Shown piece after piece: positions 20,165-28,546 of a DNA stretch of 64,000 bases. The DNA is from Clostridiales bacterium. Lineage in GTDB: Bacteria; Bacillota; Clostridia; Christensenellales; Pumilibacteraceae. The position numbers and the translations under genes were made by a program. How positions within the stretch are numbered: position 1 is the stretch's first letter; every line of letters starts with the position of its first letter. Below the pieces are notes generated by a model that was given only the letters and a program-made list of their open reading frames with translations, searched no databases and had not been told where the DNA came from. The DNA is taken from positions 32,230 through 96,229 of the forward strand of contig JAFLVI010000001.1 in NCBI GenBank assembly GCA_022508405.1, read 5' to 3'.

Positions 20165-20430
20165 AAACGCGCGATGAGATTTTGGACGCGGTGGTGCGGC
20201 GTGCGTGCGGATACGAGGCAAAGGAGACGGTGGAAGAATACGCGGTGGTTGACGGTTCGCTCGAGCTTGTAAAGCGCAAAATCACCACCAAGGACGTTCC
20301 GCCCGATATTGCCGCCGCCAAGATGATTATGGACGGCGGAGATATTTCCGATCTTTCGGACGAGCAGTTGGAAGCCGAAAAAAAGCGGCTTATAGAGCAG
20401 TTGAACAACTTAGGTGAAAACGGCGAGTAG
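20161..20430 (+). CDS. Short terminase-small-subunit-like protein
   Basis: RRACGYEAKE...TKDVPPDIAAAK resembles the KRAxGY...VPPD segment of Firmicute phage TerS-type proteins; C-terminal SDLSDEQL. Confidence 0.55.
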   Translation: MKTRDEILDAVVRRACGYEAKETVEEYAVVDGSLELVKRKITTKDVPPDIAAAKMIMDGGDISDLSDEQLEAEKKRLIEQLNNLGENGE

Positions 20431-20643
20431 CCGTTTTAATTATAAACGGGTGTTTGTCCCCAAAGATGTATTTTTACGGCAAAATCACGGTCTATACGCC
20501 CGAAGCGTCGCTTGACGTACATTACTCCGCAGTACGACTGCGCTCCGTTTCGGTCGCCTTTTCTCGTTATTTTGCTCGTAAAAACGCTTTGCGCCAGAAT
20601 GGTGCATCATTGGGAACTGCACACCCGTTAACACAAAAAACGG
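20431..20643. repeat. 213-nt imperfect palindrome with conserved core, copy 1
   Basis: Nested complementary arms (CCGTTTT/AAAACGG, AACGGGTGT/ACACCCGTT, TTTTTACG/CGTAAAAA); core GTCGCTTGACGTA..TACGACTGCGCTCC shared with 39583-39616. Confidence 0.85.
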
Positions 20644-20651
20644 AGGGAATC

Positions 20652-20864
20652 ATGGAAGTAATAGAATGTAAAACACACGTGCGGTGCGAGCTGGGCGCGT
20701 GCAAGAACCGCGCGACAAAGGCTGTCAAGTTTGACCGCGTGGGCATACGAAGCCGCATTTACGCGTGCGACAAATGCCTTGAAGAGCTGCATGCGGCCAT
20801 AGGCGCAAGCATTGTGCCCAAGTCCATAGAAACAGCCAAAAAAGGCAAGGTGAAAAGTAAATGA
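20652..20864 (+). CDS. Small Cys-rich (putative Zn-binding) protein
   Basis: GGAGGG RBS then ATG at 20652; CELGAC...CDKC; stop overlaps the portal start (ATGA). Confidence 0.7.
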   Translation: MEVIECKTHVRCELGACKNRATKAVKFDRVGIRSRIYACDKCLEELHAAIGASIVPKSIETAKKGKVKSK

Positions 20865-22714
20865 AACGGGAATTCAAAGAAGACATAATAGCGAGCGTTA
20901 CGCGCGACTATCACGAACGCGCCGAAGCGCGCCGTCCGTACGAAACGCAGTGGCGGCTTAACCTAAACTTTTACATGGGCAACCAGTACTGCACGGCGCT
21001 GCCCACCGGCGACATCGCGGACGTGGAGCGCGAATACTACTGGCAGGAGCGAGAAGTGTTCAACCATATTTCGTCGCTGGTGGAAACGCGGCAGGCCAAG
21101 CTGAACACCGTGCGCCCGTCGCTTACCGTGCGCCCATTTTCGTCAGACGACGACGATGTCAAGACCGCAAAGAGCGCTACCAAAATCCTTTCCGCCGCGT
21201 GCGACAAGCTGGACATGGATAGGCTGCTCACCGAGGGCACAATGTGGTCGGAAATTTGCGGCACGGCGTTCTATTACATAGGCTGGAACGAAAAGGGCGG
21301 ACTTAAGATTGCGGACGGCGTATACGAAGGCGAAGTTTACGCGGCGGTCGTTTCGCCGTTTGAGATTTATCCTGACAATCTGTTTGCGCAAAACACATCC
21401 GACTGCCGCTCGATTATCCGCGCGCGATCCGTGGACGTGGACGAAATAAAGCGCATATACGGCAAGACGGTGGAGCCGGAGGAAAACAACGTAATAGGCG
21501 TGTCGGCGGCGGCTGTGGGCGGCGGACTTACGGCGGACAGCACGCTTAACAAGCTGTCCGTAAAGAGCGCCGAAAAATCCGCGGTGCTTATCGAGCGTTA
21601 CACAATGCCGAGTGCCGACAAGCCGGACGGCGAGTACGCCGTTGTGGCAAACGGTGTGCTTCTTTTTTACGGCGAACTGCCGTACATAAACGGCGTGGAC
21701 GGCACGCGCGGCATGCCGTTTATAAAGCAGGTGTCGCTTGTAAACGCGGGGTGCTTTTTCGGCTCGTCCATAGTGGAACGTTCAATACCGGTTCAGCGCG
21801 CGTACAACGCGCTTAAAAACCGCAAGCACGAGTTTATCAACAGGCTTGCCATGGGCGTAATGGCGGTGGAAGACGGATCGGTGGATATTGACAATCTCGA
21901 ACAAGAAGGCATATCCCCGGGGAAGATATTGGTATACCGCAGGGGAGCTACGCCGCCGCGCATGGTGGACGCGGGCTCGGTGCCTACAAGCTTTGACAAC
22001 GAAGAGTACAGGCTGCTTTCCGAGTTCACTCAGGTGAGTGGCGTAAGCGAAGTAATGCGCTCGCACGAAGCGCTTTCCGCCAACTTGAGCGGCGCGGCGC
22101 TTCAGCTACTTATAGAACAGGACGACACGCGGCTGTCGCTGTCCGCGGAGTATATCAGGCTGGCGGCGCGCGAGATCGCAAGGCACATACTCCGATTATA
22201 CAAGCAGTTCGGGTCGGATGCTCGGCTGTCGCGCATTGTGGGGAAAAACGGCGATGTCGAACTGATAAAGTGGTCGGCGTCCGATATATCCAGCGACGAC
22301 GTGGTGTTCACAACCGATAACGAGCTGCTTTCCACGCCCGCCATGCGCCAGAACATGATGTTTGAGCTGTACAAGCTGGGGCTGCTGTTTGACGAAGACG
22401 GCAAAATGTCGAACAGCGCAAAGCACAAATTTTTGGACGCTTTGGGCTACGGCGGCTGGGACAGCGCGCTCGACCTTTCCGGTACGCACATATCGCGCGC
22501 GGAAAAGGAAAACGAAAGCGGCAAGTTAGAGCTTAACGAATTTGACGACCACGCCATCCACATTGACGTGCATATCAAATATTTGCTGACCGAGTGCGCG
22601 CCCAAACGCGCCGAAAAGCTTAAAGAACACATAAGGCAGCATAAAAATGCCGCCAATTCGGAATTCGGAATTAAGAATTCGGAATTAAGCATGCAGAATG
22701 AAGAATTAAAATAA
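20861..22714 (+). CDS. Phage portal protein (P22/podovirus-like size)
   Basis: 617 aa after terminase; FYMGNQY, VVSPFEIYPD, IPVQRAYN, SGAALQLLIEQD patterns typical of portals. Confidence 0.8.
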   Translation: MKREFKEDIIASVTRDYHERAEARRPYETQWRLNLNFYMGNQYCTALPTGDIADVEREYYWQEREVFNHISSLVETRQAKLNTVRPSLTVRPFSSDDDDVKTAKSATKILSAACDKLDMDRLLTEGTMWSEICGTAFYYIGWNEKGGLKIADGVYEGEVYAAVVSPFEIYPDNLFAQNTSDCRSIIRARSVDVDEIKRIYGKTVEPEENNVIGVSAAAVGGGLTADSTLNKLSVKSAEKSAVLIERYTMPSADKPDGEYAVVANGVLLFYGELPYINGVDGTRGMPFIKQVSLVNAGCFFGSSIVERSIPVQRAYNALKNRKHEFINRLAMGVMAVEDGSVDIDNLEQEGISPGKILVYRRGATPPRMVDAGSVPTSFDNEEYRLLSEFTQVSGVSEVMRSHEALSANLSGAALQLLIEQDDTRLSLSAEYIRLAAREIARHILRLYKQFGSDARLSRIVGKNGDVELIKWSASDISSDDVVFTTDNELLSTPAMRQNMMFELYKLGLLFDEDGKMSNSAKHKFLDALGYGGWDSALDLSGTHISRAEKENESGKLELNEFDDHAIHIDVHIKYLLTECAPKRAEKLKEHIRQHKNAANSEFGIKNSELSMQNEELK

Positions 22715-22716
22715 GG
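22655..22716 (+). repeat. Eight-unit heptamer array translated as the portal C-terminus
   Basis: AATTCGG AATTCGG AATTAAG AATTCGG AATTAAG CATGCAG AATGAAG AATTAAA ATAAGG encodes NSEFGIKNSELSMQNEELK. Confidence 0.85.
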
Positions 22717-22726
22717 AGAAAATGTT

Positions 22727-23239
22727 ATGTCCGATAAAATTGTGGAGCAAGCCGAAAAATCGGCTTCCAAAATAGGAAAGTTCAACACGGCGGAAGATTT
22801 GCTTGCCGCTTACAACGCGCTGGAAAGCGAATTTACTAAGCGCTGTCAACTTTTAAAACAGTTACAAACAGAGCTTGATTCTATCCGCGCGCAAGCCGCT
22901 CAGTCGCCGCAAACGGACGACGCGCCCGCTCCCGAAACAGACACTCGGCCCGTACCCGAGGCCGAAGCGGAGCGCGAAAAAGACGTCGTCCCCACGGCGC
23001 CGCCCGCAATTTCCGACGATGTGCTGAACGCAATCTTGCAAAACGCGCGTGACTACGCCGACGTTTTAAGCGCTATTCCCGAAGTGATGAGCGCGTGCAT
23101 TGCAAGGTACAAACAGCGGCTGATAAGGCCGTATCCCGCGCCTGCGCCCGCCGGCATGGCCGTGATAGTGCCGACCGAAAGGCCGAAAACGCTGTCCGAC
23201 GCCAAACGCCTCGCCGACGCACTGCTTGCGGGAAACTAG
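22727..23239 (+). CDS. Putative capsid scaffolding protein
   Basis: Between portal and capsid; GKFNTAEDLLAAYNALESEFTK coiled-coil start; P/A/E-rich linker. Confidence 0.7.
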   Translation: MSDKIVEQAEKSASKIGKFNTAEDLLAAYNALESEFTKRCQLLKQLQTELDSIRAQAAQSPQTDDAPAPETDTRPVPEAEAEREKDVVPTAPPAISDDVLNAILQNARDYADVLSAIPEVMSACIARYKQRLIRPYPAPAPAGMAVIVPTERPKTLSDAKRLADALLAGN

Positions 23240-23258
23240 AAATTAAAAGGAGAAATAT

Positions 23259-24413
23259 ATGGTAACATTACAAAATGCGGAAAACGCGTTAAAGACCGTC
23301 TATCTCGGCACGATGACCGACCTGCTAAATACCAAAGTCAATCCGCTGCTTGCAAAAATCGAGCAGACATCCGCCGACGTGTGGGGTAAGGAAATACGCA
23401 CTGCGGCGCGGTTTGGCGTAAACGGCGGCATAGGCGCAGGCGACGAGGACGGCGATCTTCCCACGGCATACAGCAACAACTATTTGCAGTTTGTAACCAC
23501 GCTGAAAAACCTTTACGGTCAGATTGAAATTTCGGACAAAGCCATACGCGCGTCCAAGGACGGGAGCGGAGCGTTTACCGATCTGTTAAACGCCGAGCTT
23601 GAAGGGCTTCTTACCGCGTCCAAGTTCAACCTTGGCAGAATGCTGTACGGCGACGGCAGCGGCAGGCTTGCAATCGTTTCGTCATGTTCGGACGGGGTGG
23701 TTTTGTGCGACTCCGTGCGCAACATAATAGAAGGGCTGGTTATTGACGTGTATTCCGTTTCCGGCTCAAAGAAGGGCACGGTGCGTGTAAAGTACGTAGA
23801 CCGTGCCGCAAAAAAGATTAAGACGGACGGCAATATCGTGTATAATTCAGGCGACAATTTGTACGTTCAAGGCTCCAGAGACAAGGAGATTACCGGCATA
23901 GGCGCGCTGTTCGATAACAACAGCGAAAGCATTTACGGCGTAAACAAGAGCGAGCATCCGTTCCTTACTCCGTACAGCAAAAACGTGAACGGCGCGATAG
24001 ACGAAATAATCTTACAAGAAGCGATTGACTCGCTGGAAAACAATGCCGGCTCCACCGTCGACTATATCGCTTGCTCGCAGGAAGCCAAGTACTCGTACAT
24101 AGACTACATGTCGTCCTACAAGCGCAACATAGACGTTATGGAGCTTGAAGGCGGATTCAAGACGCTTTCGTACAACGGCTTGCCGCTTGTATACGACAGA
24201 TTTGTGCCGGAAGGCTGCATATATCTACTCAACACCAAGTCGTTTAAGCTCCATCAGCTTTGCGACTGGCGGTTCCTCGAAACGGAAAACGGCAAGATAC
24301 TTCGTCAGAACCAAGGCAAGCCCACCTACACAGCAACGCTTGTCAAGTACTGCGATTTGATTTGCCAAAAGCCCAACGGTCAGGCTTTGCTTTGGGGTAT
24401 AAGGCGCAGTTGA
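23259..24413 (+). CDS. Major capsid protein (HK97 fold, inferred)
   Basis: 384 aa; strong AAGGAG RBS; LKNLYGQIEISDKAI and RMLYGDGSG; C-terminal GLPLVYDRFVP...YLLN. Confidence 0.85.
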   Translation: MVTLQNAENALKTVYLGTMTDLLNTKVNPLLAKIEQTSADVWGKEIRTAARFGVNGGIGAGDEDGDLPTAYSNNYLQFVTTLKNLYGQIEISDKAIRASKDGSGAFTDLLNAELEGLLTASKFNLGRMLYGDGSGRLAIVSSCSDGVVLCDSVRNIIEGLVIDVYSVSGSKKGTVRVKYVDRAAKKIKTDGNIVYNSGDNLYVQGSRDKEITGIGALFDNNSESIYGVNKSEHPFLTPYSKNVNGAIDEIILQEAIDSLENNAGSTVDYIACSQEAKYSYIDYMSSYKRNIDVMELEGGFKTLSYNGLPLVYDRFVPEGCIYLLNTKSFKLHQLCDWRFLETENGKILRQNQGKPTYTATLVKYCDLICQKPNGQALLWGIRRS

Positions 24414-24718
24414 CAGGCCGCGTAATAGAAGATGATTTGTTCGGGGTGGCAAGGCGGCTCAAAAGCATAGACGACGGGTACTTCGTGTTTCTCAATTACA
24501 GGACCGGAAAGTTTGAGGTTCACAACAGCAAGGACCGCAGAACTCTGTGTTTGGTTCTGCCGTACGACCGCTTGGACGAGCGCACCGTGCGCCACGTGCT
24601 GTACACGCGCGCCGAACGTGCGCGGGAGATCGTGGAGCGTATGGAACGCGAAAACGCACGTCTCGAAGCCGAGCGCCAAAAGCAAGCTCTTAACAAAGCG
24701 CTGGCTAACGTAGGGTAA
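24410..24718 (+). CDS. Hypothetical protein of the phage-like cluster
   Basis: TTG start overlapping the capsid TGA; C-terminal coiled coil. Confidence 0.7.
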   Translation: MTGRVIEDDLFGVARRLKSIDDGYFVFLNYRTGKFEVHNSKDRRTLCLVLPYDRLDERTVRHVLYTRAERAREIVERMERENARLEAERQKQALNKALANVG

Positions 24719-24727
24719 AGGATGGGT

Positions 24728-24761
24728 GGCGGTCGGGCGGCTTTACATAAACCCGACCGCC
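24728..24761 (+). terminator. Strong GC hairpin after head genes (weak terminator or mRNA-stabilising stem)
   Basis: GGCGGTCGGG...CCCGACCGCC with no long U tract. Confidence 0.55.
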
Positions 24762-24805
24762 GACTTATTCACTCTACACTATTACTTTAATTTACGGAGT
24801 AAAAT

Positions 24806-25348
24806 ATGACCGGATATCAATTAGCAGAGCAGAGCGCGCTGTTACTTCAGGACAGGCTTTTGCTTAACGCATTGCAGAACGAGCAGACGGAAGACGAGTA
24901 TGCGCAAAAGATTTTCCGTGCGCTGCGCGACGCGCTCTCCGAAGTTTCGCGGGACTTTCCCGTATTGCAAAGCGCGGACGTGACGGCAAAAAACCGCACA
25001 ATTCCGTATTCGGACATTTGTTCGAACGGCACGGTGTGTGTAAAGCGAGTTGTAAAGTGCGGACGGGACGTACCGTTTACCACCGACTCAAACGGTATTT
25101 ACGTGCGTGATGACGGCAATTACACGGTTGTGTACTCCGCCGATTGCTTTTTTGCCGATTTGCCGGGAGAGCTTCCGGTGTCGCGCGAGGTGAGCGTGCC
25201 CATGCTGGCGCACTTAACGGCGCGCAACTACTGCATTATGTGCGGAAGACCGGACGAAGCGGTGGTGTACGACAGCCGTTACGATGAGTATGCGCAAAGT
25301 TTGCGCATTAAACGGCGTGCGCACGTTCCGGCGCGCAAGTTTGTATAG
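24806..25348 (+). CDS. Putative head-tail adaptor
   Basis: 180 aa after capsid; N-terminal helices, central beta strands, C-terminal helix; positional inference. Confidence 0.55.
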   Translation: MTGYQLAEQSALLLQDRLLLNALQNEQTEDEYAQKIFRALRDALSEVSRDFPVLQSADVTAKNRTIPYSDICSNGTVCVKRVVKCGRDVPFTTDSNGIYVRDDGNYTVVYSADCFFADLPGELPVSREVSVPMLAHLTARNYCIMCGRPDEAVVYDSRYDEYAQSLRIKRRAHVPARKFV

Positions 25349-25357
25349 GAGCATGTT

Positions 25358-26767
25358 ATGGGACTTAAATTGCCTAATATAAAGCGGTACAAAAAGCAAA
25401 TGCCGAAGTTTGCTTCCGCCGACTTCAAAACCGACCGCAGCCTATTGCCGTTTTCATCCGCGAGCAGTTTTTACAACTTTGACTTTTCGTCCGGCGTGTT
25501 GCGCAAGGGATACGGCGTGGCGGAGCACGAGTACGTTCCGCGCGGCGCCGCAAGGTATTGGATATACAGGTTTTATTCCGAAGAAAAGGAAAAGTATATA
25601 GACCAGTACATCTATCAGTACGGCAACGGTTTGCTTGCGTGGTTCGACGCGGACAAAAACAAGGAGATATACGTTTCGGGCATAGGCTTCAAACCGCTGG
25701 ACGTAATCAATTACCGCGTAAACTCCAAAGACGTGTTGCTGCTTTCGTGCGAAGGGCGCAAGCTTGTTACGTGGAACGGCAGACACCTAGAAGAGTACAA
25801 AAACAGCCCGAGTATATCGTCTATGGCAATCCACTACGAGCGCCTGTTTGTCACAAGCCGCGACGAAAAGACCAAGCTGTACTTTTCCAAAAACCTTGAC
25901 CCCACGCAGTGGGAAATAAGCGTGGACGGCGGCGGGTTTATAGAGATGTTGGACGAGCGCGGTTACTTGAACAAGGTGGTGTCGTTCGGAAACTACTTGT
26001 ACATATTCCGCGATCACGGCATAAGCCGCGTTACGGCATACGGCGACCAAACGGAGTTTTCGGTTGTAAACATGTTTGTCACGGCGGGGCGAATATTCCC
26101 GTCCAGCATTACGACTTGCGGCAACTGCATTATGTTTCTCGCTTCGGACGGGCTGTACCGCTTTGACGGTTACGAGTGTGTGCGCGTGCTTTCGGATATT
26201 TTTGTTACGATACAGCCGGACGACAACTGCGCCTGTGCGTACTTTGACGGCAAGTACTACCTTGCGTGCAAAATGGATTTTAAAGACGACGCCGTAGTGG
26301 GGTGCGAAAGCGCAGATTACAAAACCAACGGGCTTATAGTTTACCAGCCGTCGTCGGGCGAGTATTCCGTTTCGCGCGGGCTTGACATTAGCTTTATGAA
26401 CGCGTGCTCGTACAACGGCACCGACTATCTAATGTGCTGCGAAAGCGACAGGGGCGGAGTTGTCAAGACGGGCGCGGCGCGGTTTGAAAAGGCTTTGCCG
26501 TCATGCTGGGTGAGCGGCTTATCGGACATGTCCGCGCCCGACAAGGTGAAATACGTTACCGACGTGCTTTTCAACAACGAAGGCGGCAAGAGCAATCCGG
26601 TGCTTTTAAAGATCCGTGCGGACGGCGCCGCATACGAAATAGCGGTAGAAAGCTCGCAAGCGGAGCTAAAACTTAATCTGCACGGAAAGGCGTTCTGTTT
26701 TGAACTTTCCACCGTCTGTAATGAAATAAATATAACGCCGCTGTGCATTAAGTACAATACTTATTAG
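25358..26767 (+). CDS. Putative tail nozzle / DNA-stabilisation beta-propeller protein
   Basis: Aromatic beta-rich repeats (YERLFV, LYFS..LDPTQW, FGNYLYIFR, FLASDGLYRFDG) as in podoviral nozzle proteins. Confidence 0.6.
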   Translation: MGLKLPNIKRYKKQMPKFASADFKTDRSLLPFSSASSFYNFDFSSGVLRKGYGVAEHEYVPRGAARYWIYRFYSEEKEKYIDQYIYQYGNGLLAWFDADKNKEIYVSGIGFKPLDVINYRVNSKDVLLLSCEGRKLVTWNGRHLEEYKNSPSISSMAIHYERLFVTSRDEKTKLYFSKNLDPTQWEISVDGGGFIEMLDERGYLNKVVSFGNYLYIFRDHGISRVTAYGDQTEFSVVNMFVTAGRIFPSSITTCGNCIMFLASDGLYRFDGYECVRVLSDIFVTIQPDDNCACAYFDGKYYLACKMDFKDDAVVGCESADYKTNGLIVYQPSSGEYSVSRGLDISFMNACSYNGTDYLMCCESDRGGVVKTGAARFEKALPSCWVSGLSDMSAPDKVKYVTDVLFNNEGGKSNPVLLKIRADGAAYEIAVESSQAELKLNLHGKAFCFELSTVCNEINITPLCIKYNTY

Positions 26768-26791
26768 GCGTGCGCTAAAAGGAGAGTAAAC

Positions 26792-27187
26792 ATGGACAAA
26801 ACCGCAACCGCGCTCATTGCCACCGAGGACAATACTGCGGCAATACGCGCGCTTAGCAACAAGCTAAATACGCAGGCGGCTTTTTGCTCGGCGGCGATAG
26901 ACGATCTTAACAGCCGTTTGGAAAAGCAAATAAGCAATACATGTATATCAGGCAAATCGGTAAACGGCATACTATCTTTCGGCGTGATGGCGTCCGACGG
27001 CAATACATGCGTTGTGCTGTCGTTTGACGATTCGGCAATGCGCACAGTCAAGTTTGGCAGCACAACGTTCAACGCCATCCACTCGCCTTTGATTATGGTA
27101 TTGCCGAAGGGTTCGGGAGAGCTTACAATATCCGCACCCTTGCCGGCGCAAGCGCTGATATTAGGTTCGCCGACAAGCAAACTGTAA
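26792..27187 (+). CDS. Hypothetical protein (N-terminal coiled coil, beta-rich C-terminus)
   Basis: AAGGAG RBS; in operon. Confidence 0.65.
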   Translation: MDKTATALIATEDNTAAIRALSNKLNTQAAFCSAAIDDLNSRLEKQISNTCISGKSVNGILSFGVMASDGNTCVVLSFDDSAMRTVKFGSTTFNAIHSPLIMVLPKGSGELTISAPLPAQALILGSPTSKL

Positions 27188-27229
27188 ACGGCATAACGTT
27201 GTCGGCGGATTATAAAAAAGGGGGAAAAT

Positions 27230-27535
27230 ATGGACGAAATCGTATCGCTCGTAGTTGCCAACGGCATATTTGCGGTGCTGTTTTGCGGGCTGCTTGTTTT
27301 TGAGCTTCGCGACAGCCGCAGCCGAGAAGGCAGGTACGAGAAAATAATCAGTTCGTTAAACGATAGGTTAAAAACGGTGGAAGACGTAAAGGCCGACACC
27401 GAACAAATAAAGACCGATATCGACGAAATCAAAACGGACGTAAAAATATTACAATCGGCGGTCGAACGAAAAAAGCGGGAGACAAAGCCGAGCAAAAAAG
27501 GGGGCGGGGAATGCAACACGCTTGCGGCGGTGTAG
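27230..27535 (+). CDS. BhlA/UviB-family holin-like peptide
   Basis: ANGIFAVLFCGLLVFELRDSRSREGRY matches the family pattern (single TM, then RExxY, then coiled coil). Confidence 0.8.
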   Translation: MDEIVSLVVANGIFAVLFCGLLVFELRDSRSREGRYEKIISSLNDRLKTVEDVKADTEQIKTDIDEIKTDVKILQSAVERKKRETKPSKKGGGECNTLAAV

Positions 27536-27646
27536 ATTTGTTTACGTCGCCGCTTGCCGCCTTCGGCAATCTGGATACATGCCGCGGCGTAATGCGCGCA
27601 TACGCGCTGTATCGCTATAATTTGTTTAAGGAGAAGTACGAAAACC

Positions 27647-28546
27647 ATGGCAGACAAGATTAAGACCAACGAGGGACGGGATAAGCTGCAGGAAGAGATA
27701 GACAGACTGGAATCAAACTCTTCTTCGGCTATGAAGCCGTCGCTGCCGCAGGTAAGCCTGCAGGAAAAGGAGTACAACGCGCCCGACGACGACACTCTAA
27801 AGAGAAAGGCGGAAAGCGAGCTGGACGATTACCGTCGCAGTACGGAAAACAGTCTAAAGCAAAAATCCGCTTCGGAGGAGCAGGAGCTTAACGCCAAGCG
27901 CGACGCATACGCGGACGCCAAAAAAAACACGGAAGCCGAGTTGGAAAGGCAGTACGAGGCGGCGGCGCGCGCCATAGATAACGACGCGGTAAGGCGCGGA
28001 CTTGCGCGCTCGTCAATAGCGTCGGTGGAGCGCGGGGCATTGGAGCGCGAGTATTTGAACAAATCTGCGGATGTGGCGCGCGAGTACGGCAATAAAATAG
28101 CGCAGCTGGAAAGCGATATCGCGTCGGTCAACAAAAAGCTTCAGGACGCGCTCAACGACTTTAATCTATCGTACGCCGCCAAGCTTACAAATCGGCTTAA
28201 CGAGCTTAAAGCGGAGCGCGAAAAAAAGATGGAAGAAGTTATCGAGTACAACAACGAGATAAAGCGCAAGCAGGCGGCGCTCGACTACGACCGGATGAAG
28301 ACCGAAAACGACCTGTATTCCGCCGCGCTCAATCAGGAAAAACAGGAAAAAAGTCTGGACGGAATCCCCGCCGAGCGGCGTGACGAAATATACAAGGCGG
28401 TGTACCAAAGAATGGACGAGTTTTTGGGCTCGCTCGATCCGGCGCAGGCGCTACTTGAAATTCGCAACCACTCAATGTACCGCCAGCACCTTTCCAACTA
28501 CTACTACAACAGGCTGTACGACAAGTACGGGAGAGAAGTTATATGA
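27647..28546 (+). CDS. Long coiled-coil protein, possible ejection/internal virion protein
   Basis: 299 aa, E/K/A/L-rich heptads; RRGLARSSIA segment. Confidence 0.6.
   Translation: MADKIKTNEGRDKLQEEIDRLESNSSSAMKPSLPQVSLQEKEYNAPDDDTLKRKAESELDDYRRSTENSLKQKSASEEQELNAKRDAYADAKKNTEAELERQYEAAARAIDNDAVRRGLARSSIASVERGALEREYLNKSADVAREYGNKIAQLESDIASVNKKLQDALNDFNLSYAAKLTNRLNELKAEREKKMEEVIEYNNEIKRKQAALDYDRMKTENDLYSAALNQEKQEKSLDGIPAERRDEIYKAVYQRMDEFLGSLDPAQALLEIRNHSMYRQHLSNYYYNRLYDKYGREVI

Noticed and set aside
20454-20651. N-terminal extension of the Cys-rich ORF
   Set aside because: Runs through the palindromic element; the RBS supports ATG at 20652
26764-27795. 343-aa minus-strand ORF inside the capsid cluster
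   Set aside because: Overlaps three plus-strand genes with good RBSs; no recognisable motifs
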